From positions 570,001-602,000 of the forward strand of contig NC_003551.1 of the NCBI RefSeq assembly GCF_000007185.1: a DNA stretch of 32,000 bases. Direction: 5' to 3'. The translations under genes were made by a program, and so were the position numbers. The notes under the pieces were generated by a model, which ran no database searches, was not told where the DNA came from, and saw nothing but the letters and a program-made list of their open reading frames with translations. The stretch comes from Methanopyrus kandleri AV19 (lineage in GTDB: Archaea; JAADCQ01; Methanopyri; Methanopyrales; Methanopyraceae). Position 1 is the stretch's first letter, and the number at the start of each line of letters is the position of its first letter. This document shows, one piece after another, positions 20,310 through 28,997 of the stretch.

Positions 20310-21596
20310 GTGAAGAGGGTCGAGCTGGAGGGTATCCCGGAGGTTCGGGGGACCGTCTGTCCGCCTCCCTCGAAGAGCGGGTCCCACCGGGCCCTGATCG
20401 CCGCCTCGTTATGCGACGGGAGTACCGAGCTCTGGAACGTGCTGGACGCGGAAGACGTGCGCGCGACGCTTCGCCTATGTCGGATGCTGGGGGCGGAGGT
20501 GGACGTCGACGGTGAGGAGCGGCTCGAGGCGACGGTCTCCGGGTTCGGGGATTCCCCGCGTGCGCCCGAGGACGTCGTGGACTGCGGGAACTCGGGGACT
20601 ACGTTAAGGTTGGGGTGCGGGCTGGCCGCCCTCGTCGAGGGCACCACAATCCTGACGGGGGACGACTCCCTCAGGTCCCGTCCCGTCGGGGACCTCCTGG
20701 CGGCGCTCCGCTCCCTGGGTGTGGACGCCCGCGGAAGGGTGGTGCGGGGTGAGGAGTACCCCCCGGTGGTGATCTCGGGGCGCCCGCTCCGGGAACGCGT
20801 CGCGGTGTACGGGGACGTCAGCTCCCAGTTCGTGAGCGCGCTCCTCTTTCTGGGTGCCGGGCTCGGTGCGCTCCGCGTGGACGTGGTGGGGGACCTGCGC
20901 TCTCGCCCCTACGTGGACATGACCGTCGAGACGCTGGAGCGGTTCGGGGTCTCGGTGGTACGGGAGGGTTCCTCGTTCGAGGTGGAGGGACGGCCTCGCT
21001 CACCCGGGAAGTTGCGGGTCGAGAACGATTGGAGTTCCGCGGGGTACTTCGTCGCGCTCGGCGCGATAGGTGGTGAGATGAGAATCGAGGGGGTGGACCT
21101 CGACTCCTCGCACCCGGATCGCAGGATCGTGGAGATCACGCGCGAGATGGGGGCCGAGGTCCGTAGGATCGACGGCGGTATCGTCGTGCGTTCGACGGGT
21201 CGACTGGAGGGGGTCGAGGTGGACCTCTCCGACTCGCCCGACCTGGTCCCGACCGTGGCGGCGATGGCGTGCTTCGCGGAGGGGGTCACGAGGATCGAGA
21301 ACGTGGGTCACCTGCGGTACAAAGAGGTGGACAGGCTTCGGGCGCTCGCGGCGGAGCTACCCAAGTTCGGGGTGGAGGTAAGGGAGGGGAAGGATTGGCT
21401 GGAGATCGTGGGTGGAGAGCCGGTCGGGGCACGGGTCGATTCCCGGGGTGATCATCGGATGGCGATGGCGCTGGCGGTGGTGGGAGCCTTCGCACGGGGT
21501 AAAACGGTCGTCGAGCGCGCGGACGCGGTGTCCATCTCCTACCCGAGGTTCTGGGAGGATCTGGCGTCGGTCGGGGTGCCGGTCCACTCAGTGTAG
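20310..21596 (+). CDS. aroA: 3-phosphoshikimate 1-carboxyvinyltransferase (EPSP synthase)
   Basis: PPPSKSGSHRALIAASL, DCGNSGTTLRL, GDDSLRSRPVGDLL, DVSSQFVSALL, KEVDRLRAL, DHRMAMALAV. Confidence 0.95.
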   Translation: MKRVELEGIPEVRGTVCPPPSKSGSHRALIAASLCDGSTELWNVLDAEDVRATLRLCRMLGAEVDVDGEERLEATVSGFGDSPRAPEDVVDCGNSGTTLRLGCGLAALVEGTTILTGDDSLRSRPVGDLLAALRSLGVDARGRVVRGEEYPPVVISGRPLRERVAVYGDVSSQFVSALLFLGAGLGALRVDVVGDLRSRPYVDMTVETLERFGVSVVREGSSFEVEGRPRSPGKLRVENDWSSAGYFVALGAIGGEMRIEGVDLDSSHPDRRIVEITREMGAEVRRIDGGIVVRSTGRLEGVEVDLSDSPDLVPTVAAMACFAEGVTRIENVGHLRYKEVDRLRALAAELPKFGVEVREGKDWLEIVGGEPVGARVDSRGDHRMAMALAVVGAFARGKTVVERADAVSISYPRFWEDLASVGVPVHSV

Positions 21597-22511
21597 GTTC
21601 GAGTGTCGGATCTCGAAGGCGCACGCGTTCACCAGCTCGCCGGCGCGGACCGCGCACTTGGCCTCCCTCACCTTATGCGGCTCTCGGCCGAAAGCCGCGA
21701 GAGTCTCGTGGATGAACCCCCTGGTAGCGTCGCACACGGACTCGTAGCCGCGCGGGAAGCCGGCGCACTCCGGACAGGGGGCCGCGACCACAACGTCCTC
21801 GTTCAGGTCGTAGCTGGTCCCCAACACCCTTTCGATGCACGTTAGGAACTCCCGGATCGACAGTACGTGGTACACGCGGAGGAGGGCACGGGCGTACGTC
21901 CTACCAGCCCAGAACAGCGTGGCGGGCGCCTCGAAGTCGAGAGACCTCCGGACGAGGTACCACGTCGCTATCCTGAGTGCGGCGGTCTCTTCGGGCTCGT
22001 ACCTCGTCGCCGCGCGGGCTATCTCCGTCAACGCGTCCTCGTCCAGCCATCTGAGGTCCGGAACGACGAGTTTGGGCTCACGCCTGACGACGAAGGTGCA
22101 GACTTAGTCCCCGGCCGCCCTGCATCGGGTCTCGGCCACGGTGACCGGACGACCGATCTCGAGGCGGTAAGCTTCGGTGATGAACCCCCTGGTCAGGTGA
22201 CACACCGGCCCGTCGATCCCACGGAGTCCCGCGCATTCCGGGCACTTCCGGACCGTGACGGTATCCCCTTCCACCTCGACCTCCGCCCCGAAGACCTCGG
22301 CGAACGCGCACAGGACCGACTCCAGGTCGTCTCCCCCTAGAATCCTGACTAGACGACGTCCCGCCTCGAAGAGGGCGGCGGTCCCGGTCTCCCTGGCGAC
22401 CTCGATGAGAGCGATCCTCGTGAGCCGGTCGTAGGTGAGGAGCTCGTAAGGCGCGAACGCTTCGGCCGTCGCCTCGGCCCCTCGGAGCAGGGTTTCTTCG
22501 GTGAGGTCCAC
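21588..22511 (-). pseudogene. Two-domain V4R-like (hydrocarbon/4-vinyl-reductase-like) cysteine-motif protein interrupted by in-frame TAA at 22104-22106
   Basis: Track ORFs 22104..22511 and 21588..22031 are in the same frame. Reading past the stop gives CRAAGD-*-VCTFVVRREPKLVVPDLRWLDEDALTEIARAATRYEPEETAALRIA, which aligns with intact CRAAGDDVCEFRIGRKPREPTVPRLDGLDERALRRMAHAASEREPEEVAAFKLA of the neighbouring paralogue. Confidence 0.75.
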
Positions 22512-22608
22512 CTCGGTTCTCCGGAAATCGTGTTCCGGAATCCTTTACCTGGGTTTCGCCCGCCCCGATTTTTAAGTGACCGACGCGGCGCCGTCGTGGG
22601 GGAGTCCC

Positions 22609-23769
22609 GTGAACACGCTCGGCCGCCTGTTCCGCGTCACGACCTGGGGCGAGTCCCACGGTCCGGCACTGGGCGCGGTCGTGGACGGGTGTCCCGCGGG
22701 ACTACCGCTTTCCGAGGACGATGTGCAGCGTGAGCTGGATCGGAGGCGCCCCGGACAGTCGGGGGTCTCGACACCGCGCTCGGAGCGGGACCGAGTGGAG
22801 ATACTGTCGGGCGTCCACGAGGGACGCACTCTCGGGACTCCGATCAGTATGATCGTGTGGAACGAGGACGTGGATTCTTCGAAGTACGAGCCGATCCGAA
22901 CCCGGCCGCGTCCGGGTCACGCCGACGTCACGTACCGGTGGAAGTACGGGCACGTGGATTACCGGGGCGGTGGGAGGGCCTCGGGTCGCACGACCGTCGG
23001 TATCGTGATGGGTGGCGCGGTGGCCAAGAAGTTGCTCCGTGAGGCGCCCTCGAACGACCCGCTGGGTATCGAGATCGTGGGTCACGTGGTGAGGGTGGGC
23101 TCCGTCGAGGCGGATCCCGGCGACCTGTCCGCGGAGGAGATCATGCAGTACGCCGAGTCGAACCCGGTTAGATGCGCGGATCCTGACGCCGCCGAGGAGA
23201 TGCTCGGGGAGATCGAGCGTGCGCGCGAGAACGGGGACTCCGTCGGCGGGACGATCGAGGTGATCGCGGAGAACGTGCCACCCGGCCTGGGTGACCCGGT
23301 CTTCGGGCGGCTGGACGGGGAGCTAGCGGGGGCGTTGATGAACATCCCCGCGGTGAAGGCGGTGGAGGTGGGGTCCGGTGTTCGATGCTCCGAGATGCAC
23401 GGATCCGAGCACAACGACCCGATCTGGTGGGACGGACATCCCGTCGTGGACGGCGACAACTCGGGGGGAGTACTCGGGGGTATTTCCCACGGCGGTAGAC
23501 TGGTCGTCCGGGTGCACGTGAAACCTACTCCGTCCGTGTCCGTTCCCCAGCGCACCGTCGACCTAGAGTCCGAAGAGGAAGTGGAGATCGAGGTGGAGGG
23601 ACGACACGACCCCTGCATATGCCCGAGGGCTGTACCCGTGGCGGAATCCGTTGTGGCGATCGTGCTGGCCGACGCCGTTCTCAGGGCCGGGTACGTGAAC
23701 CCGGACAGTGTCGAGCTCCCGGCCGCGTCCGTGGAGGATCGATGGAGGACGCTGAAACGACACCTATAG
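22609..23769 (+). CDS. aroC: Chorismate synthase
   Basis: NTLGRLFRVTTWGESHGPALGAVVDGCPAGLPL, GQSGVSTPRSERD, DYRGGGRASGRTT. GTG start at 22609 preferred over the track start. Confidence 0.95.
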   Translation: MNTLGRLFRVTTWGESHGPALGAVVDGCPAGLPLSEDDVQRELDRRRPGQSGVSTPRSERDRVEILSGVHEGRTLGTPISMIVWNEDVDSSKYEPIRTRPRPGHADVTYRWKYGHVDYRGGGRASGRTTVGIVMGGAVAKKLLREAPSNDPLGIEIVGHVVRVGSVEADPGDLSAEEIMQYAESNPVRCADPDAAEEMLGEIERARENGDSVGGTIEVIAENVPPGLGDPVFGRLDGELAGALMNIPAVKAVEVGSGVRCSEMHGSEHNDPIWWDGHPVVDGDNSGGVLGGISHGGRLVVRVHVKPTPSVSVPQRTVDLESEEEVEIEVEGRHDPCICPRAVPVAESVVAIVLADAVLRAGYVNPDSVELPAASVEDRWRTLKRHL

Positions 23770-24656
23770 CCCCCTGAGCTCGAACCGGAACTCGCACCGG
23801 CCGACGAGCTCACCGGTCACGGCCGCACACTCGGTTTCCTCCACGCGTTCGACCTCCTTGCCGAAGGTACCCAGGGTCTCGTGGAGCGCGCCCCTGACGC
23901 CGTGGCATACGGGTTCATGCTCCCTCGGGAACCCGGCGCACTCCGGGCACGGTTCGATCGACATTCGGTTCCCCTCGCCCAGGTGACACTCGGCTCCCGT
24001 GACGTCCTCCACTATCGACAGGAACGACGTCATCTCCAGCGGGTTGTAGAGGCGGAGTAAGGCCCTCGCATACAGCCTTCCCGCCCGGAAAAAGATCGGG
24101 GCGGCGGCGTCCGCGGGGTGGAACTTGAGCGTGTACTCCGACGCGAGTTTGAAGGCCGCCACCTCCTCCGGCTCGCGCTCCGATGCCGCGTGAGCCATCC
24201 TCCGGAGTGCCCTCTCGTCCAGCCCGTCGAGCCGCGGAACCGTCGGCTCCCTGGGTTTCCTCCCGATCCGGAACTCGCAGACGTCATCACCGGCGGCGCG
24301 GCATCGGACCTCCTCTACCGGCGTCCTTTCCCCCGTCTCGAGCTCATGGGCGCCAGCGATCAGGCCTCTCATGAAGTGACAAACCGGCCCGCGGGCTCCC
24401 GGGTAACCGGCGCACTCCGGGTAGTTCCTCACGGTCACCACGTCCTCATCCGCGTCCACCTCGCACCCCGTGAGGTCCGCGAACGTCGTCAGCGTCGACT
24501 CCAGGTCGTCACCGAGCTCCCGCGCCAGCAGGCACCCCGCTTCCCGGTTACTTCCATCAGCGCCAACATGACGAGCCGGTTCGTCACGGCCAGACCGCTG
24601 GGTCGGATCGTCTCCGTGGCCGATTCCGCACCCCGGCATAGCTCCTTCGTCAGCAA
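23764..24656 (-). pseudogene. Second two-domain V4R-like paralogue with frameshift/short deletion in domain 1
   Basis: N-terminus in the frame of ORF 24489..24890 (LLTKELCRGAESATETIRPSGLAVTNRLVMLALMEVTGKRGA) continues homologously only in the frame of ORF 23764..24666 (CLLARELGDDLESTLTTFADLTGCEVDADEDVVTV...). Confidence 0.7.
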
Positions 24657-24756
24657 CTCCGACCACCCGGAAATAGGTTTCCGGTTAGGATTTAACAGGA
24701 TCGGGCCCGCCGGGAAAGCCCACAGACCTGGGCGCGGTGTGAACGGGGTGTAGATC

Positions 24757-25908
24757 TTGGAGAAGCTCGTCCTGCTACCGGGTCCGGTGATGGTGCACGA
24801 GGACGTCCTCCTCAGATCGGCGAAACAGGTCATGAACCACCGTAGCGAGGAGTTCGAGGAGATACTCACGGAGTGCGTGGAGCTGTCCAAGTACCTGTTT
24901 CAGACGGACGGCAACGTCGCCATCATCACCGGTTCGGGCACCGCGGCCATGGAGGCGGCGATCTACAGCCTCCTCGAGCCCGGTGAGGAGGTCGTCGCGG
25001 TGGTCAACGGGAAGTTCGGCGAGCGGTTCGCGGACATCGCCGAGCGTCGGGGCGCCGAGGTGCGCCGGGTGGAGTTCGAGTGGGGCAAGGTCGCGGACCC
25101 CGAGCGCGTGGAGGAAGCCCTCGCGGACTCGGACGCGGAGGTCGTCACGCTCGTCCACAACGAGACTTCGACGACCGTGCTCAACCCGGCCGAGGAGATC
25201 GCTAGGATCTGCCGTGAGTACGACGCGCTGTTCGTCGTGGACGCGATATCGTCGTTGGGTGGCGTCGAGTTCAGGATGGATGACTGGGGCGTCGACGTCT
25301 GCGTCACCGGTTCGCAGAAGGTCCTGGGCTGTCCGCCGGGTCTCGCACTCGTGGCCGTCAACGACAGGGCCTTGGAGGTCATGGAGGAGAAGGACGCGGG
25401 TAGCTACTACCTGGACATTCCCAAGTACCTCGAATACCTCGAGAAGGATCCGAAGCAGACGCCGTACACGCCCGCCGTGAACGCCTTCTACGCCCTGCAC
25501 GAGGCACTGAAGAGGCTGAAGGAGGAAGGACTCGAGGCCCGCTGGGAGCGCTACCGTCTCATGCAACGGATCGTCCGCGAGGGGATCCGGGCACTCGGGC
25601 TCGAGTTGTTCGTCGAGGACGACGAGATAGCCTCGCCGACCGTGACCGGAGTCACCTACCCCGAGGGCGTGGACGACCGTGAGTTCAGGGGTGAGATCCT
25701 GCGGGACCGCTACGACGTGGTGGTCGCCGGCGGTCAGGACCACCTAGCGGGTGAGATCTTCCGGATCGGACACATGGGTGAGGTCCGGATCCGCGATATG
25801 ATCACGGCGGTGACCTGCATCGGTCTCGGTATGCGCGAGCTCGGCGTCGACGTGGACGTCGGTGCCGCCGCCGAGGCTATGGCCGACGTGCTGTCAGAGG
25901 TATCGTAA
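24757..25908 (+). CDS. Class V aminotransferase (serine-pyruvate/alanine-glyoxylate type)
   Basis: LLPGPVMVHEDVLLRSAKQVMNHRSEEF, FVVDAISSLGGVEFRMDDWGVDVCVTGSQKVLGCPPGLALVAV. Confidence 0.9.
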   Translation: MEKLVLLPGPVMVHEDVLLRSAKQVMNHRSEEFEEILTECVELSKYLFQTDGNVAIITGSGTAAMEAAIYSLLEPGEEVVAVVNGKFGERFADIAERRGAEVRRVEFEWGKVADPERVEEALADSDAEVVTLVHNETSTTVLNPAEEIARICREYDALFVVDAISSLGGVEFRMDDWGVDVCVTGSQKVLGCPPGLALVAVNDRALEVMEEKDAGSYYLDIPKYLEYLEKDPKQTPYTPAVNAFYALHEALKRLKEEGLEARWERYRLMQRIVREGIRALGLELFVEDDEIASPTVTGVTYPEGVDDREFRGEILRDRYDVVVAGGQDHLAGEIFRIGHMGEVRIRDMITAVTCIGLGMRELGVDVDVGAAAEAMADVLSEVS

Positions 25909-26667
25909 CGGCCACCGCTCGGTGCCGGTGCCCTCCTCCAGCGCCCTCACACCGTCTATCACGTTCCCGTTCAACACGATCGCTACCGAGAATATCACCG
26001 TCCCCGGGAGTACCTCGGCCGGCGCGCCCCGACGTACGGGTCGCGCTCCCGCACCCCTTCCGGCCCCTAAGATGGCCCCGGCCGTCGGCCCCACCTGATC
26101 CAACCGCTCGGTTGTGGCTATCAGGACGGGGTCGTCCGTCTCCGGCCCAACGTAGCCCACGCCCGGGATCTCCATGGGCTCCTGAACGGGTCCCCCGCCG
26201 ACGTCGTAACACAGACCCTCCGCGGCCCTCCGACACACCTCCGCGACCTCGGCCACGCGGTTCTCCGCCGCGTACGTGTCGAACAGCGTCACGACCACGT
26301 CCTGGTACTCGGACTCCGGGCAGGCCGCCTCGGCGTAGGACGGCCCCTCGCCCGCGCCCTCCGGAGACTCCGAAACCCCCATAACGTCCTCGCCACCATA
26401 CTCCCTGAAGAGGTCGAAGACGGCGGCGTTCACGTCCTCCAGTGCCCCCTCTTCGACGACGTACACTACCGCGAGATCGTCCCCGCACACCGGCCCCAGG
26501 ACCACGTACATCAGCTCGTCCCGGAACCCCCGCCGTAGTTCCTTCAGATCGCGCTCCACGCGCCGCAGTAGTCCTCGGGACACGCGCACGTCGTCCTCGG
26601 AAAGGTCTGCGGAGAACGCGACAGCCCGGAGCCCCACGCACAGCACCCCCCGGGGGAGGCGCCTCAT
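25894..26667 (-). CDS. Conserved hypothetical protein, 257 aa
   Basis: Long ORF divergent from the Sua5 gene; C-terminus overlaps the convergent aminotransferase by 15 nt. Confidence 0.7.
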   Translation of the reverse strand: MRRLPRGVLCVGLRAVAFSADLSEDDVRVSRGLLRRVERDLKELRRGFRDELMYVVLGPVCGDDLAVVYVVEEGALEDVNAAVFDLFREYGGEDVMGVSESPEGAGEGPSYAEAACPESEYQDVVVTLFDTYAAENRVAEVAEVCRRAAEGLCYDVGGGPVQEPMEIPGVGYVGPETDDPVLIATTERLDQVGPTAGAILGAGRGAGARPVRRGAPAEVLPGTVIFSVAIVLNGNVIDGVRALEEGTGTERWPLRYL

Positions 26668-27305
26668 TGGTTACCGTGCTCGAGGAGGAGGATCCCCACG
26701 CGGTTAAACACGTCGTCCGCGCCCTCCGTGCGGGGAAACTCGTCGCCATCCCGTGCGACACTGTCTACTCCCTGAGCTGTGACGCTACGAACTCCGAGGC
26801 CGTTCGCCGTCTCTACGCCGCGAAGGAGCGTCCCAAGGATAAGCCCGTCAGCGTCGCCGTCCACTCGCCCGAGAAGGCCCTGGAACTCCTGGAGCCCGTA
26901 CCTAGACTCGAGGCGGCCTTGGAGACGCTGACCCCGGGTCCGGTCACCATCGTCGCCCCCCGAAGACCCGGTGTGGTCGCGCCCGAGGTCGCGGCCGGTA
27001 GGCGCACCCTGGGGGTCAGGATCCCGGATCATCCGTTCTTCCTGCGCGTAGTTCGGAGGTTCGGGAAACCGATCGTCACCACGTCCGCTAACGTCTCCGG
27101 TCGGCCCGCCCCGACCGATCCCGACGAAGTCTTCGAGCAGCTCGGCGACCGCCTGGACATCCTGGTCGAGGGTGAGTGCCGCTTCGGCGAACCGTCCACC
27201 GTGATCGAACTCACGCCCGAAGGTAACATCGACATACTCCGGGAGGGCGCCATGCCGAAGGAGGAAATACTGGAAACACTAAGGGGGACGACCTCAGGTG
27301 CCTGA
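26667..27305 (+). CDS. Sua5/YciO/YrdC family threonylcarbamoyl-AMP synthase
   Basis: AGKLVAIPCDTVYSLSCDATNSEAVRRLYAAKERPKDKPVSVAV, GPVTIVAPRR, LGVRIPDHP, KPIVTTSANVSGRP. Probable TTG start 26667 (or GTG 26676); the track start 26442 is implausible. Confidence 0.88.
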   Translation: MVTVLEEEDPHAVKHVVRALRAGKLVAIPCDTVYSLSCDATNSEAVRRLYAAKERPKDKPVSVAVHSPEKALELLEPVPRLEAALETLTPGPVTIVAPRRPGVVAPEVAAGRRTLGVRIPDHPFFLRVVRRFGKPIVTTSANVSGRPAPTDPDEVFEQLGDRLDILVEGECRFGEPSTVIELTPEGNIDILREGAMPKEEILETLRGTTSGA

Positions 27306-27756
27306 GAAGGGCCTCAAACCCTTCCTCACCGGCTTCCGCGAGACCGTCCTCGATCTGACCGACGGTGAGGGCGTCCTCGTGTACTCCGGATGCGCCGGCA
27401 CGTGCACGCCGTTCGCGGAACTCCTCGCGTTCACGCTGCGGGGGACCGACCTCGAGCAGTACTACTCGATAGACCTCCGCCGCGAGTACCTGCGGATGGA
27501 GCTGCGCGACCACGGCTACACGGTCACCGACGAGCGCGAGGAGCTCGAGAGCGCGGACGTCGTCGTCCTCCTCGGCGGTCTCGCCATGCCGATATCCGAC
27601 GCCACACCCGACGACGCCCGGGAGTTCCTCGAGGAGCTCGGGAACCCACCCCTCGTCGGCGTATGCTTCATGAACATGTTCGAGCGCGCCGGCTGGACCG
27701 ACGAGCTCGACTTCCACACAATCATCGACGGCTACCTGGAGGTCACGGTCAAGTGA
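27298..27756 (+). CDS. DUF2124-like conserved archaeal protein, 152 aa
   Basis: GVLVYSGCAGTCTPFAELLAFTLR, VVVLLGGLAMPISD, FMNMFERAGW; overlaps the Sua5 gene by 8 nt. Confidence 0.7.
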   Translation: MPEKGLKPFLTGFRETVLDLTDGEGVLVYSGCAGTCTPFAELLAFTLRGTDLEQYYSIDLRREYLRMELRDHGYTVTDEREELESADVVVLLGGLAMPISDATPDDAREFLEELGNPPLVGVCFMNMFERAGWTDELDFHTIIDGYLEVTVK

Positions 27757-28430
27757 TCGAGAAAGAACCGGTACCCCTGCAGGTCGGCGACTACCGTCTG
27801 TACTTCCGCCTCTGGGCCCTCGGCGACGCGGACGCCATCTCGGACGTGCTGTACAGGGAATTATATCCCCACGAGTGGCTCGAGGGGTCCCGCGAGGTCG
27901 TCGACGTGGGTGCCCACGTGGGCGCCTTCACGGTCCTCGCGGCCGCCCACGGTGCCCGCGAGATCCTCGCGATCGAACCCCACCCCGACAACGCCGAGCT
28001 CCTCCGGCGCAACGTCGAGGAGAACGACCTGAACGCCGAGGTCGTCGAAGCCGCCGCCTACGACCGCGAGGACGTCGTCAAGATGTACCTCAGCCCCTCC
28101 ACCGTCGCCCACTCCGTCGAGCTCGTCCGCTCCCGGGAGACCATCGACGTCGAGACCGTCGCCCTCGACGACCTGGGGACCTCGCCCGATCTGATCAAGA
28201 TCGACGCCGAAGGGGCCGAGGAGCGCGTCCTCCGCGGGGCCGAGCGGACCCTCGAGGAACACGCCCCCGTCCTCCTGATCTCCGCCTACCACTATCCAGG
28301 GCAGGAGGAGGACCTCCGACGATGGCTCGAGGACAGGAACTACCGGGTCGAGGTGCTCGTCCGGGAGACGAGCCCGTACAGGAGCCCCGCCCTACGCGTA
28401 CCGGTGATAGTGGCCGAACCCCGCGCCTGA
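27753..28430 (+). CDS. FkbM-type SAM-dependent methyltransferase
   Basis: VVDVGAHVGAFTVLAAAHGAREILAIEPHPDNAELLRRNVEEN, LIKIDAEGAEERVLRGAERTL; GTG start overlaps the upstream stop as GTGA. Confidence 0.85.
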   Translation: MIEKEPVPLQVGDYRLYFRLWALGDADAISDVLYRELYPHEWLEGSREVVDVGAHVGAFTVLAAAHGAREILAIEPHPDNAELLRRNVEENDLNAEVVEAAAYDREDVVKMYLSPSTVAHSVELVRSRETIDVETVALDDLGTSPDLIKIDAEGAEERVLRGAERTLEEHAPVLLISAYHYPGQEEDLRRWLEDRNYRVEVLVRETSPYRSPALRVPVIVAEPRA

Positions 28431-28936
28431 TCGTCCTCCACGCCCGCGACTGCGACCCGAAAGCCTGCACGGCCCTACGGGCCCATCGTATGGGTCTCGT
28501 CGAGCTCACTAGGCATCCCGGGGACGTGCCCACCGGTGCCGTCGTCCTGGACCCGACCGTGGAGAAGGCCCTCTCCCGCGAGGATCGCGATGCCGCCCTG
28601 GAGCGCGGACTGGTCGCCGTGGACTGCTCCTGGGAGCACGTCCACCGGTACTTCGGGCCGCTCAGACGACGCTGCCGGCACAGGATCCTCCCCTACCTGA
28701 TCGCGGCTAACCCCGTCAACTACGGCAAACCCTGCAAGCTGAGCACCGTGGAGGCGCTCGCCGCCGCCCTGTACATCCTCGGGTTCAGGCGGGAGGCCGA
28801 GGAGTTCATTTCGCGGTTCAAGTGGGGTCCCGCCTTCCTGGAGCTCAACCGCGAACGGCTCGAAGCGTACCGGCGGGCCGAGACGAGTGCCGAGGTCGTG
28901 CGCGTGCAGGAAGAGTTCCTTCCAGACGGTCTGTGA
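28427..28936 (+). CDS. tsr3: Tsr3-like 16S rRNA aminocarboxypropyltransferase (DUF367/RLI-associated)
   Basis: LIVLHARDCDPKACTALRAHRMG, VAVDCSWEH, RILPYLIAANPVNYGKPCKLSTVEALAAALYILG, FKWGPAFLELNRERLEAY. Confidence 0.85.
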   Translation: MIVLHARDCDPKACTALRAHRMGLVELTRHPGDVPTGAVVLDPTVEKALSREDRDAALERGLVAVDCSWEHVHRYFGPLRRRCRHRILPYLIAANPVNYGKPCKLSTVEALAAALYILGFRREAEEFISRFKWGPAFLELNRERLEAYRRAETSAEVVRVQEEFLPDGL

Positions 28937-28997
28937 TCAGCCGTCCGTGAATCGTTATGTAACTCGTAACGATAGGTGAGAAGAAAGGAGAGGGGGA

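Noticed and set aside
22104-22106. Recoding (Sec or Pyl) at the V4R stop
   Set aside because: The codon is TAA, which neither system decodes, and no SECIS-like hairpin was noticed.
24775-25743. 322-aa minus-strand ORF antisense to the aminotransferase
   Set aside because: The plus-strand frame has clear class V aminotransferase motifs; the antisense product has no recognisable family and reflects high GC3.
25877-26761. 294-aa minus-strand ORF overlapping the 257-aa ORF
   Set aside because: Low-complexity Gly/Arg-rich shadow frame (GRGRRGGTGG...) of the better-supported 25894..26667 ORF.
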